DNA of 64,000 nt. It comes from Azolla caroliniana. Lineage: Eukaryota > Plantae > Polypodiophyta. The translations under genes and the position numbers were made by a program. Numbering within the stretch: position 1 is the stretch's first letter; each line of letters starts with the position of its first letter. Positions 1-11,127 of this stretch are shown here, piece after piece. The notes beneath the pieces were generated by a model that searched no databases, was not told the origin of the DNA, and saw only the letters and a program-made list of their open reading frames with translations. Location: the NCBI GenBank assembly GCA_043228905.1, contig JBHGNT010000016.1, positions 2,480,001 to 2,544,000 on the forward strand, given 5' to 3'.

Positions 1-361
1 AGGGCAAGCAATGGAGGCAAGAGAGGCCGCCATGGATGATGAGACCCTCGCATCCATCGCAGACACGTGCTTTGTTGAACAGGAAGAAGAGCGCCTTGCA
101 CTCATCGAAGTTAAGGAAGCCATTGCCGTCGCCGTCCACTAACTCGAAAAACCTGCAAACCCTAGCAGCCACGGATGAATCCATAATTCCACAGTTGTCT
201 CGAAGCTCCCGGTGTGACACTTTTTGGTCCCCATTTCCATCCAGAGCCTTGAATTTAGACAAGCATGCATCTTGCTCGTCTTTGTTCAATTCGTACTGGA
301 AGAATCTCTGGCCAGCCCTGTAGATTTCGCGACGTAAGATCGGCAAGCTGTCAAATGCCAT
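1..361 (-). CDS. EF-hand calcium-binding protein with C-terminal ZZ-type zinc finger (5' part; continues beyond left edge)
   Basis: Manual translation from ATG at 361: MAFDSLPILRREIYRAGQRFFQYELNKDEQDACLSKFKALDGNGDQKVSHRELRDNCGIMDSSVAARVCRFFELVDGDGNGFLNFDECKALFFLFNKARVCDGCEGLIIHGGLSCLHCLP. Two EF loops (DGNGDQKVSHRE, DGDGNGFLNFDE) then CDGC...CLHC; no stop before the edge. Confidence 0.8.
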   Translation of the reverse strand, partial: MAFDSLPILRREIYRAGQRFFQYELNKDEQDACLSKFKALDGNGDQKVSHRELRDNCGIMDSSVAARVCRFFELVDGDGNGFLNFDECKALFFLFNKARVCDGCEGLIIHGGLSCLHCLP

Positions 362-732
362 GAAATCTACTTGATGGTGGTGGTGATGGTGAAATGAAGG
401 AATTAGGGTTTTGCAGGGAATTTTGAATGTAGGGTTGAAACTGGAAGTCAAGAAGAAAATTGATTAGGAGCTTTGGAAATTTCTTTTTTGTGAGTTAAGA
501 CTTCAATTTTGTTTCAGTTTATTATGGACTGAATGTTTTCTTTTTATAAGGTTGCAAGACCTTTGACCCAGTCTTGGGTTTTTGGTTTTCTGGTGGGTCA
601 AGTCAATATGCCAGCAGCTTTAGTACTTGTAAAAGGTAAGGTTGGCAGTAATAGTCAAAGGAAAATCAAAGCAATAAAATGCCCCCCCACCCCATTTAAA
701 TTTCTTTGATAAAAAAGCTTTCTACTCTTGGA

Positions 733-927
733 CATTCTAGGTGGTTGTCCATCTTTAACCACATACTCAGTGTATCAGAAAAGCTTTCGTACACTTTCAC
801 TATTCAATCCCTTTCTTGCAAGCAAGTGGCCATTCTAGGTGGCCGTCCATCTTTAGCTAGTCAGTGTATCAAAAAAGCTTTCGTACACTTTCACAATTCA
901 ATCCCTTCCTTGCAAGCAAGTGGCCAT
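733..927. repeat. Tandem duplication of a ~97-bp unit upstream of the EF-hand gene
   Basis: CATTCTAGGTGG...AAAGCTTTCGTACACTTTCAC...TTGCAAGCAAGTGGCCAT occurs twice in direct orientation. Confidence 0.85.
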
Positions 928-1031
928 CATTGGAGTTTGTCTGGTGAAAATTTATGACCTCCGATATTCTCACATCTATGACTTTCACTGTCCTTCTCTC
1001 TTTTTCTTTCTTCTTCTTTTGTAATCGTAAT

Positions 1032-1191
1032 TAGACTACCGTAGTAGGAAGTTGGTACACTATTAGCACTAAGTCTTGGGTTCGAAGCCTAATTGTCTTA
1101 CCTCTCTATTACTCTATACATATCTCTTAATATATCTTAATTTACTAGATGCCACTCTGGAATGTAGGGTGGTTTGAACCCATGACCACCT

Positions 1192-1192
<1 letters not shown>
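1032..1192 (-). mobile_element. Inverted, truncated copy of the bipartite tRNA-derived (SINE-like) repeat at 44102/44687
   Basis: Diverged reverse complement of ~44720-44875 (ACTAGATGCCACTCTGGAATGTAGGG..GAACCCATGACCACCTG; GTCTTGGGTTCGAAGCC B-box); cut by a (CT)n tract. Confidence 0.75.

Positions 1193-1244
<52 letters not shown>
1193..1244. repeat. (CT)n microsatellite
   Basis: Direct reading. Confidence 0.95.
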
Positions 1245-1246
<2 letters not shown>

Positions 1247-2239
1247 CCATGGCCCCACCAAATGTAGTGTCCACTTTCTTACCTTGATATTCATTCTAAA
1301 GCTCAAACCTTATCCCCACCACTGTGTGTGTGTATATATATAGAGAGAGAGAGTGCATGTGGAAAATCATTAGTACGTTGGTTAATCTTCACTCCAATCT
1401 TATTCCCAATTGTTATATGTATGTATAGTGCATGATGAAGATAAATAGGATGGTTAATCTGAGCTCAAATCTTATCCCCAAATTGTTATTTGTACATATG
1501 TATACTAGAGATGGGGATCAATAAATTGTCAAACGTAAAGTAGAAAACAAAGCCTTTCTATTGTTGAACTAGACTAATGAAGCACAATAAATAAATAATA
1601 AAAAGAAAATCGTTAAAGTGATTAGAGAAAGTGCACCCTCCAACATTTAATGCTACTCCACGTGATTAAAATCTCATCTCATCTCTCTCTCTCTCTCTTT
1701 CTCATTCCATGTTCAAATGTCATAGTTTCATGTCCATGCATTGGGAAAATAGGTGGAATGTATTTTATGAGCGTTGACCATAAGCCCATAAAAATAGTTT
1801 ATTATATGTTTGAATATCACGTCAATGTTGATGGGAGGTGAGGTTGTCACTATTCAATGTTATGGTGGTCCAATTTTGGTCTTACCCGAATGGAACAAGT
1901 TTGGGGTGGCACTATCTCAATGCATGGAATGAAATAGATGAATGTTATCATGTAGACAATGAGGGATAAAATCGTCAACATCCTTATATCTTGTCATGCA
2001 CCTCCCTTGCATATCGGTAGTCGCATGGAAACAAAAGTATTCAAGTATATTACAAAAGTCAAGAATATGTATGATCACAAATTGTTGAAAGGGGCTTGGA
2101 ACATAGGGTGCAAAATCCTTTCATTTGGTTATGAAATGGTTTAAAGTTTAAACTATGAGGACTAAAAGATGTATTGGAGTCCTAGGTAATGTTATGCAAA
2201 AATAATGTGATCGTCAATGATAGATTCTATAGATACCAA

Positions 2240-2414
2240 GGATGAAATGTACATATAGAAAACAGAAGGAGACATTTCATCTCACCTCTATTGTAATACA
2301 AAGGCTAACATCAACATATGATCAAACTGATGATATCATATAAGAAACAAGTGGAGCACAAACTACAAGTTATGCAATAAAAAAGAAGGTATGGCATAAT
2401 TCCACCTCATACCA
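2240..2414. repeat. Dispersed repeat; inverted copy at ~56393-56563
   Basis: GAAGGAGACATTTCATCTCACCTCTATTGTAATACAAAGGCTAA...CATAATTCCACCTCATACCA is the reverse complement of the 56.4-kb segment. Confidence 0.8.
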
Positions 2415-3419
2415 TTGGCATTGAATATTATGTTATGTTATCCTTGTAGGTTGGATAATGAATTAAAATAAGATAGGTAGCTAGTCTCAAGTGCCATAAT
2501 GACGGAGGTAGTTAGTCCCCTTTATATATCAAAACATCTAATGCTCGTAAACCGCCACATGTCCCCAAGTGTCATAGTTCCCTATGGTTTTGTCATAATT
2601 CTAGTGAGGATAATCAGTTTCTTGACTATCCTACCCTTAACCCATTAAATTTAGCTTATACCATTAAATTGGTTTGTAAGGTTATGCCTACAACATACTA
2701 AGTCTCATTTCCAAAACATCTCACTGATCTTGTAATGGCAAATCAAAATTAAGGAGACTCTTAGATTTAAGGATGGTATCATGTTCTTAGTGGCATCATG
2801 TTCAATTGGATCCAACCATTCAAATTTGGATTTCTCGCACCTCAACATATAATGAAATATAGTTGTATAGAATGAAGTTAGTGCTAAACAACCTACACAC
2901 CTCACCATAGTATAAACTTTGTCATAAAGCACCAAATATGATGGTATGCAATGATATAAGCACTAAACCATCTATACACCAATGTGTGGAATGAGCTCAA
3001 TACTAAAGCACTAATTATATGGTTATTGTATGGAGTGACGTTAGTTATACTAAACCAAATATGACTATATCGCAATATAACGACCCAATTGAATATGTTA
3101 TTCTAAAGGAGAAGGAAAAGAAAAACATATCCCATCTTAAATGTGTCGATGCTAATACCAATGGCAAACAACCAAGTGAGGATGCCAAGAATAGCAAATG
3201 GAAAGACCACAAATCCAACATATTGGGACACCTACAAGGAAATGACAAGATGAACCCAACCGCATCATCTCACCCCCTTGCAATTTCAGATGTGTTCATG
3301 ATATTGAATGCCACCTCCACACGCTCTTGTCGAATCACAAGATCAAGGATGATATCCATTCTAGTGTAACACTTTGATGTGAAGAATTCAAGGCCACGTA
3401 GAAACTCTTTCCACAATCA

Positions 3420-3749
3420 AGTGTCACATGCAAAAACCTCACACAACATTTCCAAGTTGGATATATAGAATTGCGTGATATTTGCTCTGCATAAGGAGGA
3501 ACCTTTAGAAAAATACATGTGGCAGTTGTTGACAAGAACACACGCTCCCGATGAACAACGATCGGCCACAACCAAGCTTAGAATGCACGACACAATGGAG
3601 AGAAGAGAACACAGGATGTTAACGTGGAAAACCCAAACTAGGGAAAAAAAACCATGGCAACCCACAAACTGCAAACTATCACTATGTCAAAATGTACAAA
3701 TGGTAAAGCACCGAAGCAACAACCTCGAGCTTTCTATCTTCGCCACAAG
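3420..3749 (-). mobile_element. Possible copia-type LTR remnant
   Basis: Minus strand has TGGTTTTTTTTCCCTAGTTTGGGTTTTCCACGTTAACATCCTGTGTTCTC, resembling a motif common in plant copia LTRs; ends not definable. Confidence 0.35.
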
Positions 3750-4233
3750 TGTTACCGGTCGGCAAAAGGAGTCTAGAGTGTGAAACGAAGGAGTTATTTA
3801 ATTATTAGGAATGGTTGTATGTAAGCTATTAGTAGTGTGGACGGACGGACCGGAATCGGTATGCCGTTCTGGATCCGGACCAATCCCGAACAGGTGCGGA
3901 TGGCACCATTTTGTACTACAGACCAGAAACCTATTTAAAGGCCCGGATACAATGTAATGAGCAGCGGTTAATTAATAAAGCTTAGTGTTGTTATCTCTCT
4001 GTGTTAATTGCCGTTCTGCATTCATTGTTATATCTTACGTGTGTGATTATTAAGGACGATCTTGTTAAGTAGCCTAATTAAGTCGGATTAATCGTTGAGT
4101 CTAATCCTATTGCCGTAACACCCCTTTGGTGAAGTGTCTTCCGTAGACACCCCTTTGGTGAAGTGTCTTCCGTAGACACCCTGTCTTAGGCCATTGTCCG
4201 GTCCTAAGAGTTAACACAGTTTTTGGCGACCAC
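3750..4233 (+). mobile_element. 5' LTR (3750-4216) and tRNA-Arg-type PBS (4224-4233) of a truncated Ty3/gypsy element
   Basis: TGTTA...TAACA termini, TATA-like TATTTAAAG, internal 29-bp tandem repeat (~4118-4181); PBS TGGCGACCAC matches the ..GTGGTCGCCA end I recall for plant tRNA-Arg; gag follows at once. Confidence 0.75.
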
Positions 4234-4269
4234 GATTCCTGTTTTTGCAGCGAACGACGACACGGATGG

Positions 4270-5437
4270 ATGACTAGATCAACCCACGACCTGGTTATAG
4301 ATCGAACTCGACGCCTTGCCGAAAGACAAAGGAGACGTGAGGCTTTCCAGCAAGCGGCACAGGAAATTAGAGCGGATCGCTCGTTTTCCAACGTAATCCG
4401 GAGAGTAGCGGAGGACTCCCTCTGGTTACAGCAAACATCGTACCCGGACGACGACAACAGCCTAAACAGCCTCTGGGAAACCGAATCCCTTCTCCAGGCG
4501 TTGGCAAATGGAGAAGGCGAAGCAGAAGCCTTTTCAGCGTATGAATCGGATTTCGAAGGGGAATACAGCGTGCACACGAACTACCGTAGCAGCAACGAAA
4601 CCCCGGGTGGACCGGAGGACGAAGGATCGGACACCTTACCGACACCGGAACCGGAATTACTAAGGCTGGAACCTCCAGAACCAGCAGAGGAAGAGCGACC
4701 TCCGACACCGGAAGTCGAGGAGGAGAGGCCTCCGTCCTCAAAAGAAGAGGAAAGACCACCGACGCCGGAAACAAATCAGGAAAGACCACCGACGCCGGAG
4801 AAAAACCAGGAACGACCACCAACACCGCCAGCCCGCGCACTGATACCGGACGACGACATGTCGTTCCAGTACTCCAAGTATAGACATGATCCGGATGCGG
4901 AAGCTCATGTTCATGCCTTTGAACAGACATGGGAAGCAAACCATGTGTCCCAGCGATTGACCCCGGAAGAAGAGGAACGCTCTAAGATAGCAGAATTTGG
5001 CGTCACATTGGAGGGACCGGCAGCGAGATGGCGCCGGACGCAGGACTCGTCTACCATCACCACCTTCGCAGATTTAAAAGCTAAATTCTTGCATTTTTTC
5101 CAAAAGGAGGTGGACCAAACAGTAATGGTGGGCTTATTTTATACCATCCGACAGGAGGCAGGGGAGAGCATTCCCTAGTTTGTCATCCGGTTTCAACGGA
5201 TGCATAGTCAGCTTGCCCACGCACCCCCAGAGGAGGAATTACGGACTATATTCCTAAATGCGCTCCGGGAACCCCTACGCACGGTTTGCACAGTAATGGA
5301 CTTCCGCACAAGTACCATCAACCAGGTCATTGACCGGGTCAGAGAGATGGAAAGGACAAGCTCCTGGCTCACACTGGGAGCACTCCAACGGGCGTTACCG
5401 TCCGATGAAGACCTCCGGTTTTGGCAAGCAATACAGT
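4270..5437 (+). pseudogene. Retrotransposon gag, interrupted and 3'-truncated
   Basis: ORF 4270-5178 with repeated ERPPTPE units and a Retrotrans_gag-like core (TLEGPAARW..TFADLKAKFL..IRQEAGESI); TAG at 5176-5178 then the same frame resumes (FVIRFQRMHSQL..IFLNALREPLR). No pol or 3' LTR follows. Confidence 0.8.
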
Positions 5438-6628
5438 GGTTTAAAGGGAAGCTCACAATCATGTTTATAAATGAGACTCCTAGATAGCCTAGTTTGTAAT
5501 ATTCACATACGTCCAATTTAGTAGACATATGTGAACCTATGACGAGCGATATTCGTTTCCCTTTATTTTCCTTTTGGGTTTTTTTGGGGGGGTATTTTTT
5601 CCGATATACACCGCGTCGTGAACTGAAGTTTGAGAAGGAGTGAGAAACTAATGTTTGAGAAGGATGAAATGAACTAGACGCGCGACCTCCACTTGCGGCC
5701 CTCTTATCTCTGCAACTGGACCTCCAACCAACCATGTCTCCTTCATCATGTTCATTTTCTTCTCCATCTCCCTTTCTGATTCAATCATCATCCCATGATG
5801 GTGGAGCAACAACCATGGCTTCTTCTTACTACCCCCAAACTGAACCCCCCATGTTCCTCTACCCAATCATCATCCCATCTGTCTGCCTGAGAAGCTTTGT
5901 GACAGCTCCACTTATACCCCAAAATCTAGAGTTCCCTTCTGATTCTAGTAGTGGTACGATGAGTGATGGTGATGATGATAGTCCTTGTCATGTTGATGGC
6001 CATGGTGATGGTACCCTCATGGTAGACCCTTTTCTTTTGTTGGGGTTTGTACCTATTGGGCTTGCATAAACAACGCAAGCATTGATCACGATTCTACATA
6101 AAAAAATTCAAAAGGTTTAGCAACACAATGGGATTGAAAAACTATAGGGTTTCGAGCTTGGGAGTGTTTGTGCACAATGCCAGAGAGATGTGCTTCAAAA
6201 TTCTTTCATCTCAAACCTTAGAGTTTATGTATTGGGAGGATTTGTTGTCATAGTTCGTTATTGAATTAGTTGTTAACTCATGTCATATATGTTGTTAAGT
6301 CATTGACTAAACCTTTTGGGGCTAGGCAAGCATTAGCCCCCCATGTAGTACAAAATTGAACCTTGAGCAACAAAAATGGTTTGATTGATCTATGGCAATG
6401 TAGTAGCACTTGAACACCCTACGCCTTATTCCCTTTGATTAATCCATAGTGACATAAATAGTGATTGAAGCCTCTATAATAGAAGCCTCTGTTGTAGAGA
6501 AGTACTTGAAAGCTCTACTTTTAAAACATTTGGTCTTGGGAGTAAACTAATCAGATGATATTCTCAAGAAGTAGTCCTATTGGTTATCTATGTAAATATA
6601 GATGAATGGATTTCAATCATACTTGGAG

Positions 6629-6954
6629 CCATAGTACGTCAATTTCGCGTTTGTTAACCCAAACGTTCATTTCCATACGTTTTTTCAAACGAATGCGTAT
6701 GTTATTAAAACATTCTTGTGCTTTTTTTTTACACTTTTTACCTTAACTTTGTTACCCTTAAAAACAATTACCTTATAATAAATCGTGAGTGCAAAAAAGT
6801 ACGGTATTTACCATACTTCGAGGGTGTTTTTCATACTCGGATGATAAGAATGTCGTGAATGTGAATGGTACATTTGCTTCATACTTTGCTTGGAGCCATT
6901 TCACATATGAGTATGATACAAATATTCACATATATAGTATGGCTCGAACTATGC
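6629..6954. mobile_element. Non-autonomous DNA transposon/MITE-like repeat; second copy at 36217-36667
   Basis: Begins CCATAGTACG and ends CGAACTATGC (imperfect inverted termini); shares AAACGAATGCGTATGTT..ACACTTTTTACCTTAACTTT..GGTATTTACCATA with the 36.2-kb copy. Confidence 0.7.
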
Positions 6955-7180
6955 TAGATAGATATAGAAAAGTTACAAAAGTGGCTTTTACAGTTTTCTC
7001 ACAATGCCCTCAAAACATTTTGTATTAATGGATCTCATTTTCTTGCAAGATATTTTATATTAAATCAACTTTGAACGTTCAAAGGCGTGGGCAAGGGTTC
7101 AAAACTCTCACGATTCACTACACGTTTTTGCATTAGCTTGACTTGCTACATACCAACTTTTCATTTTTCTCGTTTTTGAG

Positions 7181-7221
<41 letters not shown>

Positions 7222-7303
7222 CATATAGCCCATCCACACCCATTACACTACATTCACTACTACACTTTTTGGCACTATCTTAACTTGCTACATACATACA
7301 TAC

Positions 7304-9013
7304 ATGGCTTCAAGCTCCACCAATTTTAGCTATGGTTTCCCTACACCCGGCCCCCAAAATCCTACCGGCACACGTGTCATGGATCAGACCTTCTTCCTCT
7401 CCGAAGACCAGTGGAGAAAAGCTCGGGAGCAGGAGCAATTCGATTACATCGTAGTCGGCAGCGGCTTCTGTGCTCTCGCGTTCGCATCTCGGATCTTGGA
7501 GAAGGACCCGAGAGCTCGGCTACTACTGCTAGAGAGGGGCCCATTCTTCTTGCCGGAGCATTGTCAGGCTCTCCCACTCCCATTCGAACACGCGATCGGT
7601 GGCTTCTCGGAGACCTTCCCGTGGACGCTATCCGCCACAACTGCCGAGAGCAAGCCGCCTCACTATGTGACATGGCAGCACGGAATGGTCCCGTTCTTCG
7701 GTGGCCGATCCACTACATGGAGCGGTTGGTGTCCGGAGCCAACCGATGAGGAGTTTGAGGATTGGCCACGAGAAGTCGTGGCCGCAGCTCGGGAATACAT
7801 GCCCCTGGCAAGGGACCTCCTCAATGTGGTCTCATCCGACAAGATCGGGAACTTCCGGAATGATGCCGTGTTCGGGAACCTACAGCGCGAGCTCTTCGAT
7901 TTCCTAGCTGGACGCATCCCCGCGTTCAAGGCGGTCACGAGGGCGATCTATGCGCCCCTTGCTGTCCGGGACCCGCACGAGCAAGGCCTCGACTTCATCA
8001 AATTCTCCACTGTCGGCCCTCTGCTCACGCTGGTCGGGAAGTACCCGGGACAGCTCAAGATCGCCACTAACTGCACCGTGTACCGCATCCTCCACCAGGA
8101 CTCCACGGCCACCGCGCTCGAGACCAGCCGTGGCCATGTCCGCATCCACAGCTCCTCTAAGCTCATCCTCGCAATGGGCAGCATTCCGCCCGCGACCCTC
8201 GTCTTGAACTCATTCCCGTCCCTACCCAATGTCGGCAATCGCTTCACCGCGCATTTCATCACTGCGATCGTGGCCAGGATCCCCCGCGCCTCTTGCACCT
8301 TCGCCGACTCCCTAGATAAGGAGAAGCTTGAATTAGGGGCGATCTACATTGCCGGGGTGGATCCTAAGAACAAATCCGCACAGTTCCATATCCAGCTAAC
8401 CGCGATTCATGACCCCGATCCCGACCGCAATGCTGAGGTGGCATTCCGCTATATGCCGGATGTGGTGGCTACGGCAAGTACCCAGCAACTAAAGACGTCC
8501 CGGGAAAAGTATGTGGTGCTTGTATGCGCCGTGTTGGGCGAGCTTGAGCATAAGAACGCTGATTCGTGGCTCAAACGGGGCGGCAATAATAACGGGGTGG
8601 TCGTAGAAGACCCGACGACAAACGTCGTCTTGCAAGTGAGAGAGACGGAGAATGATTTGCAACTCTGGGATGCTATGGATGAGACCACATTCCAAGTGTT
8701 GGAGCAGGGGCTAGCATCAGCTTTGAATGCAGAAGGTGGGTTGGAGTATTGGCACGGAGAGACGAACGACTGGAGAGCAACAAGACCAAGTAGAGATAGT
8801 ATCCGCGTGCCGGGATTGGTGCACGAGGGGTCCACCATGCACATTGGAGGGGACATTGACCCAGAGGCTGTAGTTGACCTTGACTATCGCCTAAAAGGTG
8901 TCTCCAATGTGTGGGTGACAGGTGGTGCTTTGTGGCCGAAGAGTGGGTCATGGAACCCTACCCTAACGATGGTTGCCTTGACCCAACATCTAGCGGATAA
9001 CTTCCTTGCTTGA
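7304..9013 (+). CDS. Intronless GMC-family FAD oxidoreductase, pyranose-oxidase-like type (569 aa)
   Basis: Rossmann motif FDYIVVGSGFCA..LLLLERG, GGRSTTWSG, ILAMGSI, catalytic His in GLVHEGSTMHIG, VVDLDYRLKGVSNVWVTGG, and Asn motif SWNPTLTMVAL; intact ORF preceded by a TATATATA and (CA)n leader. Confidence 0.9.
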   Translation: MASSSTNFSYGFPTPGPQNPTGTRVMDQTFFLSEDQWRKAREQEQFDYIVVGSGFCALAFASRILEKDPRARLLLLERGPFFLPEHCQALPLPFEHAIGGFSETFPWTLSATTAESKPPHYVTWQHGMVPFFGGRSTTWSGWCPEPTDEEFEDWPREVVAAAREYMPLARDLLNVVSSDKIGNFRNDAVFGNLQRELFDFLAGRIPAFKAVTRAIYAPLAVRDPHEQGLDFIKFSTVGPLLTLVGKYPGQLKIATNCTVYRILHQDSTATALETSRGHVRIHSSSKLILAMGSIPPATLVLNSFPSLPNVGNRFTAHFITAIVARIPRASCTFADSLDKEKLELGAIYIAGVDPKNKSAQFHIQLTAIHDPDPDRNAEVAFRYMPDVVATASTQQLKTSREKYVVLVCAVLGELEHKNADSWLKRGGNNNGVVVEDPTTNVVLQVRETENDLQLWDAMDETTFQVLEQGLASALNAEGGLEYWHGETNDWRATRPSRDSIRVPGLVHEGSTMHIGGDIDPEAVVDLDYRLKGVSNVWVTGGALWPKSGSWNPTLTMVALTQHLADNFLA

Positions 9014-9072
9014 CCATTTCCTCTAGCAACTCGTGGACATGGAACCCATTACCTTCTTGTCTCCATTGGACA

Positions 9073-9076
<4 letters not shown>

Positions 9077-9133
<57 letters not shown>
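9077..9133. repeat. (CT)n microsatellite adjacent to a fragment of the tRNA-derived repeat
   Basis: GTCTCCATTGGACAACCTT just upstream is the reverse complement of AAGGTTG(C/T)CCAATGGAGAC in the 44.1/44.7-kb elements. Confidence 0.85.
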
Positions 9134-9136
<3 letters not shown>

Positions 9137-9344
9137 TGATTGATAAGCTTTCTTATTGTCACATTAGGCCATGTGCATTGTAGTCCATTTGACCATCTCT
9201 TTCTTTCGTAAAATGTCAACATATTCACACTCAAACATAAGATGCCACTATGAAAAATGTGAGAACCAATTATAAATCATCAATACTTAAAAGTTTTAAA
9301 TTAATCGTAAATCATCAACGCTTTTTACTAGTTGTAGTTGAATA

Positions 9345-9760
9345 CTAGGTTGTTTGGTGGAGTCAATATGTGTTCCGACCCTACATTCCATAATGGCATC
9401 CAGTAAATTAAGAATTAAATATGTATGTCATAATCGAGAGAGATTCAGCAAGTATAACCTGTTGTTGTTTGAGGCATACAGAAGGGGTCTTTACTCAAAA
9501 TGTTTAAAATGGTACAAATGATGGGATGGAGATCACCTTACAATTTTTAAGTTATTGGGTGTTACAACATGAGTTGAATATACATAATGTTTTCATGTTT
9601 GAGACATAGAGTTAAAACATATATTAGGAAGTTGAAAGGTATTCTAATGCGGCGCGTTTGGGTATTTATATTTTTTTATGGTTTTAGAGAATGTCCCTCC
9701 TTAAGAGAGAGGTTTAAATCATGTTTTTTACATGCAATTAATACAATTAATTGTATGCTT
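9345..9760 (+). repeat. Diverged copy of the ~590-bp composite repeat at 44095-44680, interrupted by a LINE
   Basis: CCCTACATTCCATAATGGCATC and CAATTTTTAAGTTATTGGG..TTTCATGTTTGA..GAAGTTGAAAGGTATTCT match 44159-44180 and 44342-44455. Confidence 0.7.
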
Positions 9761-11127
9761 GGATTGGATAAGTTGACTACGGAAGAGATAGTTTGGTCAG
9801 GTTGGTTTGTAGGTGAGGGTGATGCACAACTTATCCGTGGTAGGTGCTCAACTAGCAGGGATCGTTTCTGGGGTAACCTAAGTTCTTTAACAGATGATGG
9901 TAGGTGGATGGTAGTGTTGACGGGTAAGTGGTGGCAATTGAACCCATACCCTAAGACACTGGATCATGATTGTAAAATATGGTTTTACGATAACACGCCC
10001 TTATATGATTTGGAGTGGGATCCATTGGAGGTTTGGCGGCTGACTCCAGGAACAAAAATCTTGAAAAAGTTTTTTGAATACAATACCAAGCTAGGAAGAT
10101 AAATCATTGGTTCCAAAACCGTGGGTGTTGGAATGATTCGCAACAACTTGAAGGATAAAGGCATTTCAGACGACGATTTGAAGTCGTTTTGGAGGAGAGT
10201 AAGGGCATTGGATATGCCAGAAAATTTTAAGGCTTGGTTGTGGCTTCTTAGCCATAAGGCAGTACATGTAGGCGAGTGGTTGAGCTCTCGTGGTGGTGAG
10301 GCTAGCTGTAGGTTATGTGGACAAGCTTTGGAATCAATCTCTCACTGTTTTTGGAATTGTACAGAGGCAATTAGCATTTGGAGTAGACGCCTTCGAATCG
10401 TGGCAGCCTGTGGTGTGAAAGGGAACGTTGTGTGGGGCTCAATACAAGAATTGTCCCTAAAAGGGGAAAGCTGGGGTGAACAGTTAAACCCTCAAGGACA
10501 TGGATTTATAACGCACAAATTCAGAATTTTTTGAGGAGATTTGGCTTTATGGTGGCGTGTTTGACAGCATGGCACATCTGGATCAGGCGTTGCAAGTTTG
10601 TTTTTCAGCAGCAAAAGCTCTCGTGTAGGGAGATGATGTTAAATATATGGTTTGATCTTTGTGGCTCGGTTGCACGATCGGTATGATTCAATTCAAGGGG
10701 ATTCAAAAGAAGCAGAAAGGGCAAGGTCCAAGTTCTTGCTAAAATGGAGTAGCTCTCCCATGCTAGTTAAATCTTCATCGAGGCCTAAGTGGAATTACCA
10801 GGCACCTAGGTGGTTGTTTCCACCGATGGCTCCCAATATTGTACATGGGTTGTAATTATGTATGTATAGCTGACACAAACGTGCGTTAGTATAGTCATGT
10901 TACCCGAATAATGTTGTTAGAAAAGAGTTAGTTGGGTAGAGTCGGGGTAAAATAGGGTTTATTTCAATTTTGCTTAAGGATCGGTTGAGTTTTTTTGTTG
11001 TTTTTGTTTGATTTTGGATTTGTTTCTCCAAGTTGTATATGTTGATCCCATTGTGGATTTGGACAAACTTTGTTGTATTCTATTTGCTAACTAATGCGAA
11101 GCAGTGGTTTTTGGAAAGAAGAAGAAG
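9761..11127 (+). mobile_element. 5'-truncated L1-type LINE (3' end of ORF2, zf-RVT region) with 13-bp TSD
   Basis: ORF pieces FKAWLWLLSHKAV..SCRLCGQALESISHCFWNC; (GAA)n tail; TAATTGTATGCTT at 9748-9760 and 11128-11140. Confidence 0.85.

Noticed and set aside
36-323. 95-aa + strand ORF
   Set aside because: Antisense to the EF-hand gene, which carries the real motifs.
7377-8951. Overlapping and antisense ORFs within the GMC gene
   Set aside because: Shadow frames expected in GC-rich coding DNA; no recognisable motifs.
7304-9013. Bacterial contamination
   Set aside because: No operon neighbours or Shine-Dalgarno context; flanks carry plant microsatellites and repeats shared with other parts of the window. 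Read-level confirmation is still needed.
9587-10102. 171-aa ORF as a host gene
   Set aside because: It spans the TSD-defined junction between a repeat and a truncated LINE.
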